A program made the position numbers and the translations under genes. Shown here one piece after another: positions 20,653 through 31,136 of a stretch of 64,000 nt of DNA (positions within the stretch are counted from its first letter, which is position 1; every line of letters begins with the position of its first letter). The notes beneath the pieces are model-generated. The model searched no databases, had not been told where the DNA came from, and saw only the letters and a program-made list of their open reading frames with translations. The DNA comes from an uncultured Gemmatimonadales bacterium (GTDB taxonomy: Bacteria > Gemmatimonadota > Gemmatimonadetes > Gemmatimonadales > GWC2-71-9), in the NCBI GenBank assembly GCA_963697755.1, contig CAVOPE010000001.1, positions 148,912 through 212,911 of the forward strand. Direction: 5' to 3'.

Positions 20653-21705
20653 TCACTCAGGCGGGATCTGCACGACGGCCGACCCGGATGGGCACTCGCC
20701 AAGGGCGATCGTTCCGGTCTGGGCGAGGGTCTCGTCGAGCACGTGAGCGATGCCGGGCTGCCCGCCGGAGCAGGGGCCCGACTCGATGCCGTAGACCCGG
20801 CCCTTGCTGTCGACGGCCACCGTCGAGTTCCCCGAGGGGAACGTGATGCCCTGCCCCGCCCCGCGCACCACCTTGTTGCTGTCCAGGTTGAACTCCATCA
20901 CCCCTTCGGTGAACGAGCTGATGAACATCCGTCCATCGGGATCCGCCGCGATGTTGCCGGGACCGGTGCCCAGCCCGGCGAAGCTGGCGATCTCCGTCCG
21001 GCTCAGCGGATCCACCACCGACAGCCGTCCCTCGCCCGAGAAGTAGCTGCCCGTGTTCATGACGTAGAGCAGGCCGTCGGACCCGGCGTCGGCGAAGCCG
21101 GCATTGCCCTCGCCGGTGAGCGGGATCGAGTCGATGTCGCCCGCTCGCGCATTGGTCGCGGGATCCACGACTGTGATCCAGCTCGGCCCCGCGGGGCTGA
21201 AGGTTTCGTCGAGGTTCCCGTTGAGCACGAAGACCTTCCCACGGCCGAAGATCAGGCCTTGCGGGTAGACGCCGACCGGCACCTCCGATGTGGCTCCGGT
21301 GAGGTAGTTCACCCGCGACACGGTGTTGAGGTTGGGATTCCCGACGTAGCCGATGGAGTCGTCCACGATCGTGGAGCCGGTCGCGCCGGAATTGTCGGGC
21401 AGCGGGATCGTCCGCATCAAGGTGGCGGCCCGCAGATCGACGACCGCGACCGCGTTGTCCAGGCCGAGCGGCACCAGCGCGACCCCTTCGCGGGCGGAGA
21501 CGCCCACCGGGGTGGGTGTCGTCCCCCCGAGCGGGACCTGGGTGGCGGAGTTGGGCGCGTCGACCGGCACGATGCTCAGCGTGTTGCCGGTGCTGTTCAC
21601 CACCAGCAGCACCTCTACCGGATCGGGTAGCGGCGCGTTCGTGTCGGCGCAGCCGAGCGCGGCGACGAGGGCGAGGACCGCGACGAAGGGACGGGTACGC
21701 ATCAT
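20653..21705 (-). CDS. Beta-propeller lipoprotein (YVTN/YncE-type repeats), last gene of the riboswitch-led B12 uptake operon
   Basis: MMRTRPFVAVLALVAALGC lipobox. Repeated ~40-aa blades (LLVVNSTGNTLSIVPVD, AVAVVDLRAATLMRTIPL, ITVVDPATNARAGDI, RLSVVDPLSRTEIASF, STVAVDSKGRVYGIE). ATGA overlap with the TonB-receptor stop. Confidence 0.75.
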   Translation of the reverse strand: MMRTRPFVAVLALVAALGCADTNAPLPDPVEVLLVVNSTGNTLSIVPVDAPNSATQVPLGGTTPTPVGVSAREGVALVPLGLDNAVAVVDLRAATLMRTIPLPDNSGATGSTIVDDSIGYVGNPNLNTVSRVNYLTGATSEVPVGVYPQGLIFGRGKVFVLNGNLDETFSPAGPSWITVVDPATNARAGDIDSIPLTGEGNAGFADAGSDGLLYVMNTGSYFSGEGRLSVVDPLSRTEIASFAGLGTGPGNIAADPDGRMFISSFTEGVMEFNLDSNKVVRGAGQGITFPSGNSTVAVDSKGRVYGIESGPCSGGQPGIAHVLDETLAQTGTIALGECPSGSAVVQIPPE

Positions 21706-23744
21706 GGAACCACCACGGTGAGAGTGAGCGAGACGCTGCGGCCCGGCGTTGGATAACCGGCGAGGAATTCGGCACGGCGGTCGGTGAGGTCACGGACCTC
21801 GCCGCGGAGCAGGAAGCTCTCGCCGAGCCGGCGCTCGAGGCCGGCGTCGACGAGCGCGAATGCGGAGCGCGGGTTGGTGCCGGCGCTGTTGGGATAGCGT
21901 TGGCCGATCAGGTGCCAGCGCACATCCGCGGTCCACGGGCCGGGCGCCCAGACGGCGGCCGCGTCGAAGGTAACGCGCGGCCGATACTGCACCTGCGCGC
22001 CACCCGGGGTGTCGTAGGTGACCGCGCTGTAGGTGGCACCACCGCTCACGCGCCACGCGCGCCAGGGCCGCCACCCGAGGGTGAGCTCGCCGCCCCGGCG
22101 GACCACGTCGAAGTTCCGCGGGCTCCAGATGAAGCGGAAATCCGGCGCCCAGATGATCATGTCGGCCACACGGCCGGCGAACAGCCGGACACCGACCTGG
22201 CCGCCGGCGGGCAGCTCGCGGCGTAGGCCGGCTTCGAGCTCCCAGCGGACGCGCTCCGGCCGAAGGTCGGGATTGACCCGTACACCGACGCCCTCCCGAA
22301 AGAAGAGGTCCGCCAGCACCGGCGGCGTCACACCGCTGCCGACGGCGAACGAGAGCAGGGTGGGTCCGCGCTGCCAGCTCCCGTCCACCCGCGCGCTGAT
22401 CAGGGGCGTGGTCGACCCGGTCCAGACGTCGACGCGGGCCGCCGGGGCAAGGCTCCAGGTGGTCGCGCCCCGGGCGCGGGCCAGTCGGGTGTCGAGCCGC
22501 ACGGCGGCCTGCGTGAACGAGGCGCCGTCGCGCACGCCGTCGCCCCCGAAGCGGTTGGCTCGCCCTTCACTCGCCACCGTCACCGTGCCGGACCAGCCGG
22601 CCACGGTGGCCGGGACGCGGTAGCCCGCTTCCAGCGTCCCGCCCGTCCCGTGGGTGTAGCTGTCGTAGGCGAGGCCGGTCGGTGGCGCCGGATCCGACGC
22701 GCGCGCCTCGAGCCATTGCAGCGAGCCTGCCACGGCGAGCCGGCCGGCCGTACGCGCACCGAGGAGAACGGACCGGTCGGAGGCGCGGGCGGACCTTGTG
22801 GGGTTGGTCGTGGTGCCCGGCAATCCGCGGTCGGCGAGCGACCCCCGCAGCACCACTTCCACCGGCCCGGAGAGCGTGACCGCCGCCGCGTACTGTTCTC
22901 CGCCGGCATTGAGGCGGGTCGCCTCACCGCCGCCGCGCACGTCCGGCACGTCGTAGTCGAAGTTCTCGGGCAGCGCCTCGCCGCTCAGGCTCGCCGTCAG
23001 GGCCCCGACCGAGAAGCCTCCGCGTCCTCCCCATGCCCCGTGGCTGGCGGCCCACGCCGTGCCCTCCGGCTGCACGCTGCGCCGGGTCTCCACGACAATC
23101 ACGCCCGCCACTGCCCGATTGCCCGTCCGGACGGTCTGCGCTCCGGGGAGCAGCGTCACGCCGGCGACCTCGCGACTCGAGAGCCGGCTCAGGTCGGCAC
23201 GTCCGGTGAACGGATCGTTGATCGGGAACCCGTCCACGAGCACGAGCACCTCGTCGGGTGCCCCGCCCCGGACCTGCGGCGCCGCGGGCCCGTTCCCGGC
23301 CCGCCGCACCACGATGCCTTCCCAGCCGTCGAGGGCGTGTGCCAGGTCGCCGCCCCTGCGCTCGAGGTCGGCGCCGTCGATGGCGACACCGCCGATCGCA
23401 GCGGCCACGGTCAGGCTGTCGAGTTGCACCGGCAGCGGCTCGAGGGTGATGGTGACAGTGCGCTCGAGCGCCGGCACGACGTCCATCGTCTCCTTCGCCG
23501 GAGCGTAGCCGATCCGTCGAACCCGCATCTCGATCCGTCCCGGCGGAACGTTGCCGAGCACGAAACCACCATCGGTCCCGGTGACGGCGCGGAGCTCGCC
23601 GGCCAGGATCTCTGCGCCGCTCACCGGCGCCCGCGAGACCGCGTCGAGGACGTGGCCCGAGACCCGGCTGGGGCCCTGGGCGGAGGCCGCGGCGGGTCCA
23701 CCCAGCGCCAGGACCGTGACGACCGCGCGGACGAGGCGCCTCAC
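21702..23744 (-). CDS. TonB-dependent outer-membrane receptor with N-terminal carboxypeptidase-regulatory-like domain (BtuB-like by context)
   Basis: Signal peptide, then VSGHVLDAVSRAPVSGAEILAGELRAVTGTDGGFVLGNVPPGRIEMRVRRIGYAP. Plug domain VLVLVDGFPINDPFTGRADLSRLS...AGVIVVETRR and a long beta-barrel. I prefer the GTG start at 23744, which forms a GTGA overlap with the ATPase stop; the track ORF extends to 23819. Confidence 0.85.
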   Translation of the reverse strand: MRRLVRAVVTVLALGGPAAASAQGPSRVSGHVLDAVSRAPVSGAEILAGELRAVTGTDGGFVLGNVPPGRIEMRVRRIGYAPAKETMDVVPALERTVTITLEPLPVQLDSLTVAAAIGGVAIDGADLERRGGDLAHALDGWEGIVVRRAGNGPAAPQVRGGAPDEVLVLVDGFPINDPFTGRADLSRLSSREVAGVTLLPGAQTVRTGNRAVAGVIVVETRRSVQPEGTAWAASHGAWGGRGGFSVGALTASLSGEALPENFDYDVPDVRGGGEATRLNAGGEQYAAAVTLSGPVEVVLRGSLADRGLPGTTTNPTRSARASDRSVLLGARTAGRLAVAGSLQWLEARASDPAPPTGLAYDSYTHGTGGTLEAGYRVPATVAGWSGTVTVASEGRANRFGGDGVRDGASFTQAAVRLDTRLARARGATTWSLAPAARVDVWTGSTTPLISARVDGSWQRGPTLLSFAVGSGVTPPVLADLFFREGVGVRVNPDLRPERVRWELEAGLRRELPAGGQVGVRLFAGRVADMIIWAPDFRFIWSPRNFDVVRRGGELTLGWRPWRAWRVSGGATYSAVTYDTPGGAQVQYRPRVTFDAAAVWAPGPWTADVRWHLIGQRYPNSAGTNPRSAFALVDAGLERRLGESFLLRGEVRDLTDRRAEFLAGYPTPGRSVSLTLTVVVP

Positions 23745-24532
23745 GGCGCGCGTTCTCCGGGACGCAGGGGTACCACCTGCGGCGAGCCGTCGCACCAGGC
23801 GGTGACCGCCACCGGCCACTCGAAGATCCGGCTCAGCGTGTCCTCACGCAGCACGTCGACCGGCGTGCCTTCGGCGACCAGGCGACCTTCGCTGAGGAGG
23901 AGGATCCGGTCGGCGAAGCGCGCCGCGAGGTTGAGATGATGCGTGATGACGAGGCCCGCCAACCCGCCGTCCACCAGCTTGCGGATGAGCTCGAGCGTCT
24001 CCATCTCGTGCCGGACGTCGAGCGCCGCGGTGGGCTCGTCCAGCACCAGCGCCGTCGGCTCCTGCGCCAGCGCTCGGGCCAGCCGGACCCGCTGCCATTC
24101 GCCGCCCGACAGCGAGTCGATCGACCGGCCCACGAGGCCGCGTGCGTCGCAGCGGTCGAGCGCGGCGCTCACCGCGGCGTGGTCCGCGGGACCGGGCGCC
24201 CCCAGCGGGCCGAGGCGCGCGTAGCGCCCCAGGAGGACCGCCTCCTCGACGCGCAACGGGAACAGAATGTCCTCCCGCTGCGGCACGACGCCGAGCACCC
24301 GCGCCAGCTCCGACCGGCTCCAGGACGCGAGCGGACGATCGTGAATGCGGACGGTGCCGCGCTCGGCCGCGATCAGACCGGAGAGCGCGCGAACCAGCGT
24401 GGTCTTGCCGCTGCCGTTGGGGCCGACCACGGCGACCAGCTCCGTCGCCGCGACGTGGCAGCTGACGGCGTCGAGCGCCGGGGGGCGGGCCGGCGCGTAG
24501 CGCACCGTGAGATCACGCGCTTCGAGGATCAC
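23741..24532 (-). CDS. ABC transporter ATP-binding protein (BtuD/FepC-type, iron-siderophore/cobalamin family)
   Basis: Walker A GPNGSGKTTL, signature LSGGEWQRV, Walker B LVLDEPTAALD. The GTG start at 24532 overlaps the permease stop (GTGA). Confidence 0.9.
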   Translation of the reverse strand: MILEARDLTVRYAPARPPALDAVSCHVAATELVAVVGPNGSGKTTLVRALSGLIAAERGTVRIHDRPLASWSRSELARVLGVVPQREDILFPLRVEEAVLLGRYARLGPLGAPGPADHAAVSAALDRCDARGLVGRSIDSLSGGEWQRVRLARALAQEPTALVLDEPTAALDVRHEMETLELIRKLVDGGLAGLVITHHLNLAARFADRILLLSEGRLVAEGTPVDVLREDTLSRIFEWPVAVTAWCDGSPQVVPLRPGERAP

Positions 24533-25503
24533 GTCAGGGTCCGGCGCAGCAGCAGGGCGAAGAGCGGGACCCCCACCAGGGCGGTGATCACGCCGACCGG
24601 CAGCTCGAGCGGACGCACGATCGTTCGCGAGACCACGTCGGACAGCACCAGAAAGGCGCCGCCGATGCCGAACACCAGGGGGAGGAGCGTCCGGTGCAGC
24701 GGCCGCGCGACCGACCGTACCGCGTGTGGCACCACGAGGCCCACGAAGCCGATGATCCCGCAGGTGGCGACGCTGGCGGCGGTGAGCAAGGCGGTGCACG
24801 CGTAGACCTCGCGCCGAATCCGCTCCACGTCGGCGCCGAGATGATGGGCGGGCTCATCGCCGAGCGCGAGGAGGTCGAGACTTCGCGCGCGGAGCGCGAG
24901 GATGAGCAGAGGCAGCACCGCATACGCCGAGAAGACGGCCAGCGATTGCCAGGACGCCGAACCGAAACCGCCGAGCAGCCAGAGAAAGGCGTTGCGGATC
25001 TCCGCGGCCGGCGACAGCACGATGATGGCGCTCATGAGCGCGCCGGCGAACGATCCCACGACCACGCCGGAAAGCAGGAGGACCCGCGGGTCCAGCCGTC
25101 GGCCGGCGACCAGACTGAGGCGATACACCATGGCCACCGCGGCCACCGCACCGAGAAATGCCGCGAGCGGCACCGCCCACGGCGCCGCGGCCTGGGTGGC
25201 GATCGCGATCACCGCTCCCAGCCCGGCACCACCCGACAAGCCCAGCAGGTAGGGCTCGGCGAGGGGGTTCCGGATCATGGCCTGGAGTGACGCCCCGCAC
25301 ACGGCCAGACTGCCGCCGACACAGAACGCCAGCAGGACGCGCGGCGCGCGCAGGTCGCGCACGATCACGCCGGTTCGAGTGTTGCCGTGCCAGAGGCCCC
25401 GCCAGACCTCGCCGGGCGGGAGCGGCACGGTTCCGACGGCCAGGCCGATGACCAGGCAGCCGACGATCAGCAGCGCGAACAGGAGCAGCCAACGCGGGCT
25501 CAC
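24529..25503 (-). CDS. ABC transporter permease, FecCD/BtuC family
   Basis: Multi-helix protein with ...RNPLAEPYLLGLSGGAGLGAV... and ...GIIGFVGLVVPHAVR..., typical of the FecCD family. The GTG start at 25503 overlaps the binding-protein stop (GTGA). Confidence 0.9.
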   Translation of the reverse strand: MSPRWLLLFALLIVGCLVIGLAVGTVPLPPGEVWRGLWHGNTRTGVIVRDLRAPRVLLAFCVGGSLAVCGASLQAMIRNPLAEPYLLGLSGGAGLGAVIAIATQAAAPWAVPLAAFLGAVAAVAMVYRLSLVAGRRLDPRVLLLSGVVVGSFAGALMSAIIVLSPAAEIRNAFLWLLGGFGSASWQSLAVFSAYAVLPLLILALRARSLDLLALGDEPAHHLGADVERIRREVYACTALLTAASVATCGIIGFVGLVVPHAVRSVARPLHRTLLPLVFGIGGAFLVLSDVVSRTIVRPLELPVGVITALVGVPLFALLLRRTLT

Positions 25504-26426
25504 GCCGCCCTCCGGAGTTGCCGCGCCAGCGCGCGGATGGCCTCGGGCGCGCGCGGACTCGGCCGATTGAACTCGGAGCCAGTCACCGGCAGGAAGCGAT
25601 GCTGGCGCACCGCACGCACCACCTGCCATTCGGGACGCCGGGCGAACGAGGCGGGGCCGGCACTGGTCGTGAGGATGAGATCGGGATCCCGCGCCGCCAC
25701 CGCCTCGATGCTGACCGTGCCGGCGCTCGCGTTGACGTCCTCGAAAAGATTGGTCCCTCCGGCACGCTCCACCAGCTCGTTGAGGAAGCTGCCCCGACCG
25801 ATCGTCATCGGCGGCTGCTCCCAGACGAGCAACAGCACACTCGGCCGCCGCCGCCCCGCGGGCGACACGGTGGCGCTGGCCAGCGCGGTGTCGAACACCG
25901 ACGCCATGCTGTCGGCGGCGACGACGTGGCCGGTCAGCCGGCCAAGCAGGCGACCCACCCGCCCCACGTCACGCAGGGCGTCGGTGTTGAGTCGGATCGC
26001 GGAGATCCCGAGCGTCCGCAGCCGGCCGGCGATCGCCGCGTTCTGGGCGGAGTTGTAGAGGATGACGAGATCGGGACGGCTGGCGAGCACGGCTTCGACG
26101 TTCGGATTGATGCCGTCACCGAGATTGGGCACCTTCGCCGCTTCGGCGGGATAGTCGCACCATTCCGTGCGGCCGACGACCGCCGGGCCGGCGCCGATCG
26201 CGAAGAGCAGCTCAGTCGTGGCGGGGATGAGCGACACGATGCGCCGCGGCACGGCCCCCAGTCGCACCGTGTCGCCCGCGTCGTCGACCGCCATCGCGGC
26301 CGCCCCGGCCGAGGCGGCCGGGCGGCAGGCGACCGCCCCGACGAGCAGCGCCGCGAAGGCGAGATGGATGACACCGAAGCGGGAAATGAGAACCGCCCAT
26401 CCTCGGGGCGAGGACGGGCGGTGCAC
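25500..26426 (-). CDS. Periplasmic substrate-binding protein, BtuF-like (cobalamin/siderophore cluster A)
   Basis: N-terminal signal ending LVGAVAC. PRRIVSLIPATTELLFAIGAGPAVVGRTEWCDYP, RPDLVILY and DPDLILT motifs typical of BtuF/FhuD-fold binding proteins. GTG start 58 nt downstream of the riboswitch aptamer. Confidence 0.85.
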   Translation of the reverse strand: MHRPSSPRGWAVLISRFGVIHLAFAALLVGAVACRPAASAGAAAMAVDDAGDTVRLGAVPRRIVSLIPATTELLFAIGAGPAVVGRTEWCDYPAEAAKVPNLGDGINPNVEAVLASRPDLVILYNSAQNAAIAGRLRTLGISAIRLNTDALRDVGRVGRLLGRLTGHVVAADSMASVFDTALASATVSPAGRRRPSVLLLVWEQPPMTIGRGSFLNELVERAGGTNLFEDVNASAGTVSIEAVAARDPDLILTTSAGPASFARRPEWQVVRAVRQHRFLPVTGSEFNRPSPRAPEAIRALARQLRRAA

Positions 26427-26483
26427 GACGGCGGAAACGCGGTCGAGACGCCACCGCCCCTCCCCCGAGGGTACATCTGGTGG

Positions 26484-26640
26484 CGCGAACGGAGAGGTCT
26501 CCTGGCTTCGGGCCTTCGCTCGCCTTCCCGGTTGCCCAGTGGCGTGTGAGCGAAATTGTGGTCTCGTTCGAGACCGCGCCCGTCACAGTGGCGGGGCCGC
26601 ACCGGTGTTGCACCGGTTTCCGAGCGTCCCCGTTCGCGAA
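26484..26640 (-). promoter_or_regulatory. Cobalamin (B12) riboswitch aptamer
   Basis: The minus-strand RNA has P1 CGCGAACGG...CCGUUCGCG. The core is GGAAACCGGUGCAACACCGGUGCGGCCCCGCCACUGUGACGG, then CCACUGGGCAACCGGGAAGGCG, then the B12 box GAAGCCAGGAGACCUCUCC. A GC hairpin (GCCACC...GGUGGC) follows before the BtuF-like start. Confidence 0.8.
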
Positions 26641-26659
26641 CGTCGATTGTCCAGCGGGA

Positions 26660-27850
26660 TCAAACGTACCGGTGCGGCGTACCCCTGGCAAGGTCGTGCT
26701 CGAGCCGCGCCTTGAGCGCGGCGCGCTCCGTCTCGTACCGCGACCACTCCTCGGAGGGAGTATCGATCTCGCGCCCCCGGTAGCGAGCATCGAGCGCAGC
26801 GATGGCATCGAGCAGGGCTTCGCGTGAGGGGGCGGCTCCCGATGTCCGCGGTCGGCGCACCAGCCGCCACGCGGCGAGCGCGAGCACGACCGCGACGGGC
26901 ACGACCAGCGCGGCGAGCGTGCGCCACGAGGCCCGCCCGTTCCCGCCGGCGAATGCCACCGTCACGGCGGCACCGGCAGGGACACGGCCGGTCCAGCGCC
27001 GGAAGCGCCGGCCTTCGATCACTTGGCTGTCGGCCAGCACCAGCGCTCCGCCGCTCACCCGCGCGTCCGGTTCCTCGACCAGCACGTTGAGGGACGTCGC
27101 GCCGGAGCCCACGCCGAAGACGAGACGGTCCGCGGGGGCCGTCACGGCGTACTCGAGGGAGAGCTGTTTCTGTCCCGGGGCGAGCGGCGCCAGGACCTTG
27201 ACCGTGTCTCCCGCGCGCACGACCGCGTCGGGTGACACGTCGCTCTCCCCCACTTCCATGGCCCCCGTGCCTGGCGGCAGGACCACGGTCCACGACGGAT
27301 GTGCGCCGTCGGGGCTCACGCGGGCAAGGCGTCCGTCGTTTCGGAGGACGATGAGATCGAGGATGGCCCGGGCGCCGGTCTCCCCCGGTCGCGGCACGAC
27401 GATGTGGCGCGCCTCGACGGCGATCGGAGCGGTGCTGGAGGTGTCGTAGGCGACGAGGCGGAGCGAGGTGTCGGGTCGGGCCGGCTGGGTGTGCACCGGC
27501 GTCGAGAAGTACTCGATGCCGCCATAGCGGACGCTCAGCAGGTAGAGCGCGGACGTGTCGGCCCGAAAGCGGAAGCGGAAGCGGCCGCGGTCATCCGCGA
27601 CGACGGAGTCGACGGGGCCCTGCACGTCGCGGCCAACGCGATGCAGGAGGACACGCGCTCCCGGCAGGGGAACGCTGTCCGAAGTCCGCGGGATGACGAC
27701 CTGGCCGGAGGCAGTGGCCTGCTGGGCCCGGAGCAAGGTCGGATTGCCGGCGAGGACAGAAACGACGACGCAGAGGATGGAGAGCGACAGCTCGCCCGGC
27801 GAACCCTTTCCCTTCTCCCGCCCGTCCGTCTCCGTCCGCTCCGTCGTCAC
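26660..27850 (-). CDS. Hypothetical membrane-anchored protein (N-terminal signal/anchor, carboxypeptidase-regulatory-like beta-sandwich, C-terminal TM helix and short cytoplasmic tail)
   Basis: 396-aa ORF with a GTG start. LSLSILCVVVSVLAGNPTLLRAQQ, then SGQVVIPRTSDSVPLPGARVLLHRVGRDVQGPVDSVVADDRGRFRFRF. Late TM helix WRTLAALVVPVAVVLALAAWRLV followed by a charged tail. I recognise no family for the central region. Confidence 0.6.
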   Translation of the reverse strand: MTTERTETDGREKGKGSPGELSLSILCVVVSVLAGNPTLLRAQQATASGQVVIPRTSDSVPLPGARVLLHRVGRDVQGPVDSVVADDRGRFRFRFRADTSALYLLSVRYGGIEYFSTPVHTQPARPDTSLRLVAYDTSSTAPIAVEARHIVVPRPGETGARAILDLIVLRNDGRLARVSPDGAHPSWTVVLPPGTGAMEVGESDVSPDAVVRAGDTVKVLAPLAPGQKQLSLEYAVTAPADRLVFGVGSGATSLNVLVEEPDARVSGGALVLADSQVIEGRRFRRWTGRVPAGAAVTVAFAGGNGRASWRTLAALVVPVAVVLALAAWRLVRRPRTSGAAPSREALLDAIAALDARYRGREIDTPSEEWSRYETERAALKARLEHDLARGTPHRYV

Positions 27851-28342
27851 CTACGGATTGAACTTCCCGAAATCCTGGGGGTCCATGCGCTCGAGGTACT
27901 CCTTCAGCTTGTCGGCCTCGAGCGAGGGATTGGGGGAAGGCTCGTCCGCCTCGACGCCGCTCTGGTCGAGGAGCTGGTCGCTGGTGAAGATCGGGGCACG
28001 CATGCGCAGGGCCAGCGCGATGCTGTCGGACGGCCGCGCGTCGACCTGAAAAACGTGGTCCTCACGGCGAATGAGCAGCTCGGCGAAATAGGTGTTCTCC
28101 TTGACCGCGCTGATCACGACGCGCCGAAGGTCGCCGCCCAGGCCCACGAGGATCTGCTTGAGCAGATCGTGCGTCAGGGGACGCTGCGCCTTCATCCCCT
28201 GCAGCTCCATGGCGATGGCGCTGGCCTCGGCGGGGCCGATCCAGATGGGCAGCACGCGCGCCCCCTCCTTCTCCCGGAGGATGACGACGGGCGTATTGGT
28301 CGTCCGATCGAGGCCGAGGTGGGCCACCGTCACTTCGATCAT
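27851..28342 (-). CDS. Bifunctional nuclease family protein (BFN/DUF151 domain)
   Basis: From the internal ATG: MIEVTVAHLGLDRTTNTPVVILREKEGARVLPIWIGPAEASAIAMELQGMKAQRPLTHDLLKQIL...ARPSDSIALALR, a characteristic BFN-domain sequence. Confidence 0.85.
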   Translation of the reverse strand: MIEVTVAHLGLDRTTNTPVVILREKEGARVLPIWIGPAEASAIAMELQGMKAQRPLTHDLLKQILVGLGGDLRRVVISAVKENTYFAELLIRREDHVFQVDARPSDSIALALRMRAPIFTSDQLLDQSGVEADEPSPNPSLEADKLKEYLERMDPQDFGKFNP

Positions 28343-28394
28343 GCCTGAATGATACTCCAAGTCGCGTGGCTCGTGCGGGTCCGCCGGCATTGCG

Positions 28395-28463
28395 CCACAG
28401 AGGCACAGAGGACACAGAGAAGCGCTGCCGTTGGGTCTCTCTGTGTCCTCTGTGCCTCTGTGG
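28395..28463. repeat. Intergenic palindromic (REP-like) element with perfect 26-bp arms
   Basis: ccacagaggcacagaggacacagaga (28395-28420) is the exact reverse complement of tctctgtgtcctctgtgcctctgtgg (28438-28463), with a 17-nt loop. Each arm carries three (C/G)ACAGAG units at 8-nt spacing. It sits between the ahcY stop and the BFN gene start. Confidence 0.9.
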
Positions 28464-28491
28464 TGAATCCCTGCTCTAGCGCGCGACGGCG

Positions 28492-31094
<2,603 letters not shown>

Positions 31095-31136
31095 CAGTTG
31101 CAGGTCCCGGGTTGGAGATAAGGTTAAGAACGGTGG

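Noticed and set aside
28395-28463. A CRISPR array or tandem-repeat locus made of CACAGAG repeats.
   Set aside because: The repeated units are 8 nt and arranged as two inverted arms with a single 17-nt loop. There are no direct repeats of 24-40 nt separated by unique spacers, and there are no cas genes.
31095-31136. A SAM riboswitch upstream of metK or ahcY.
   Set aside because: The spacers are only 42 nt (ptsI-metK) and 23 nt (metK-ahcY). There is no room for a SAM aptamer and none of its motifs are present.
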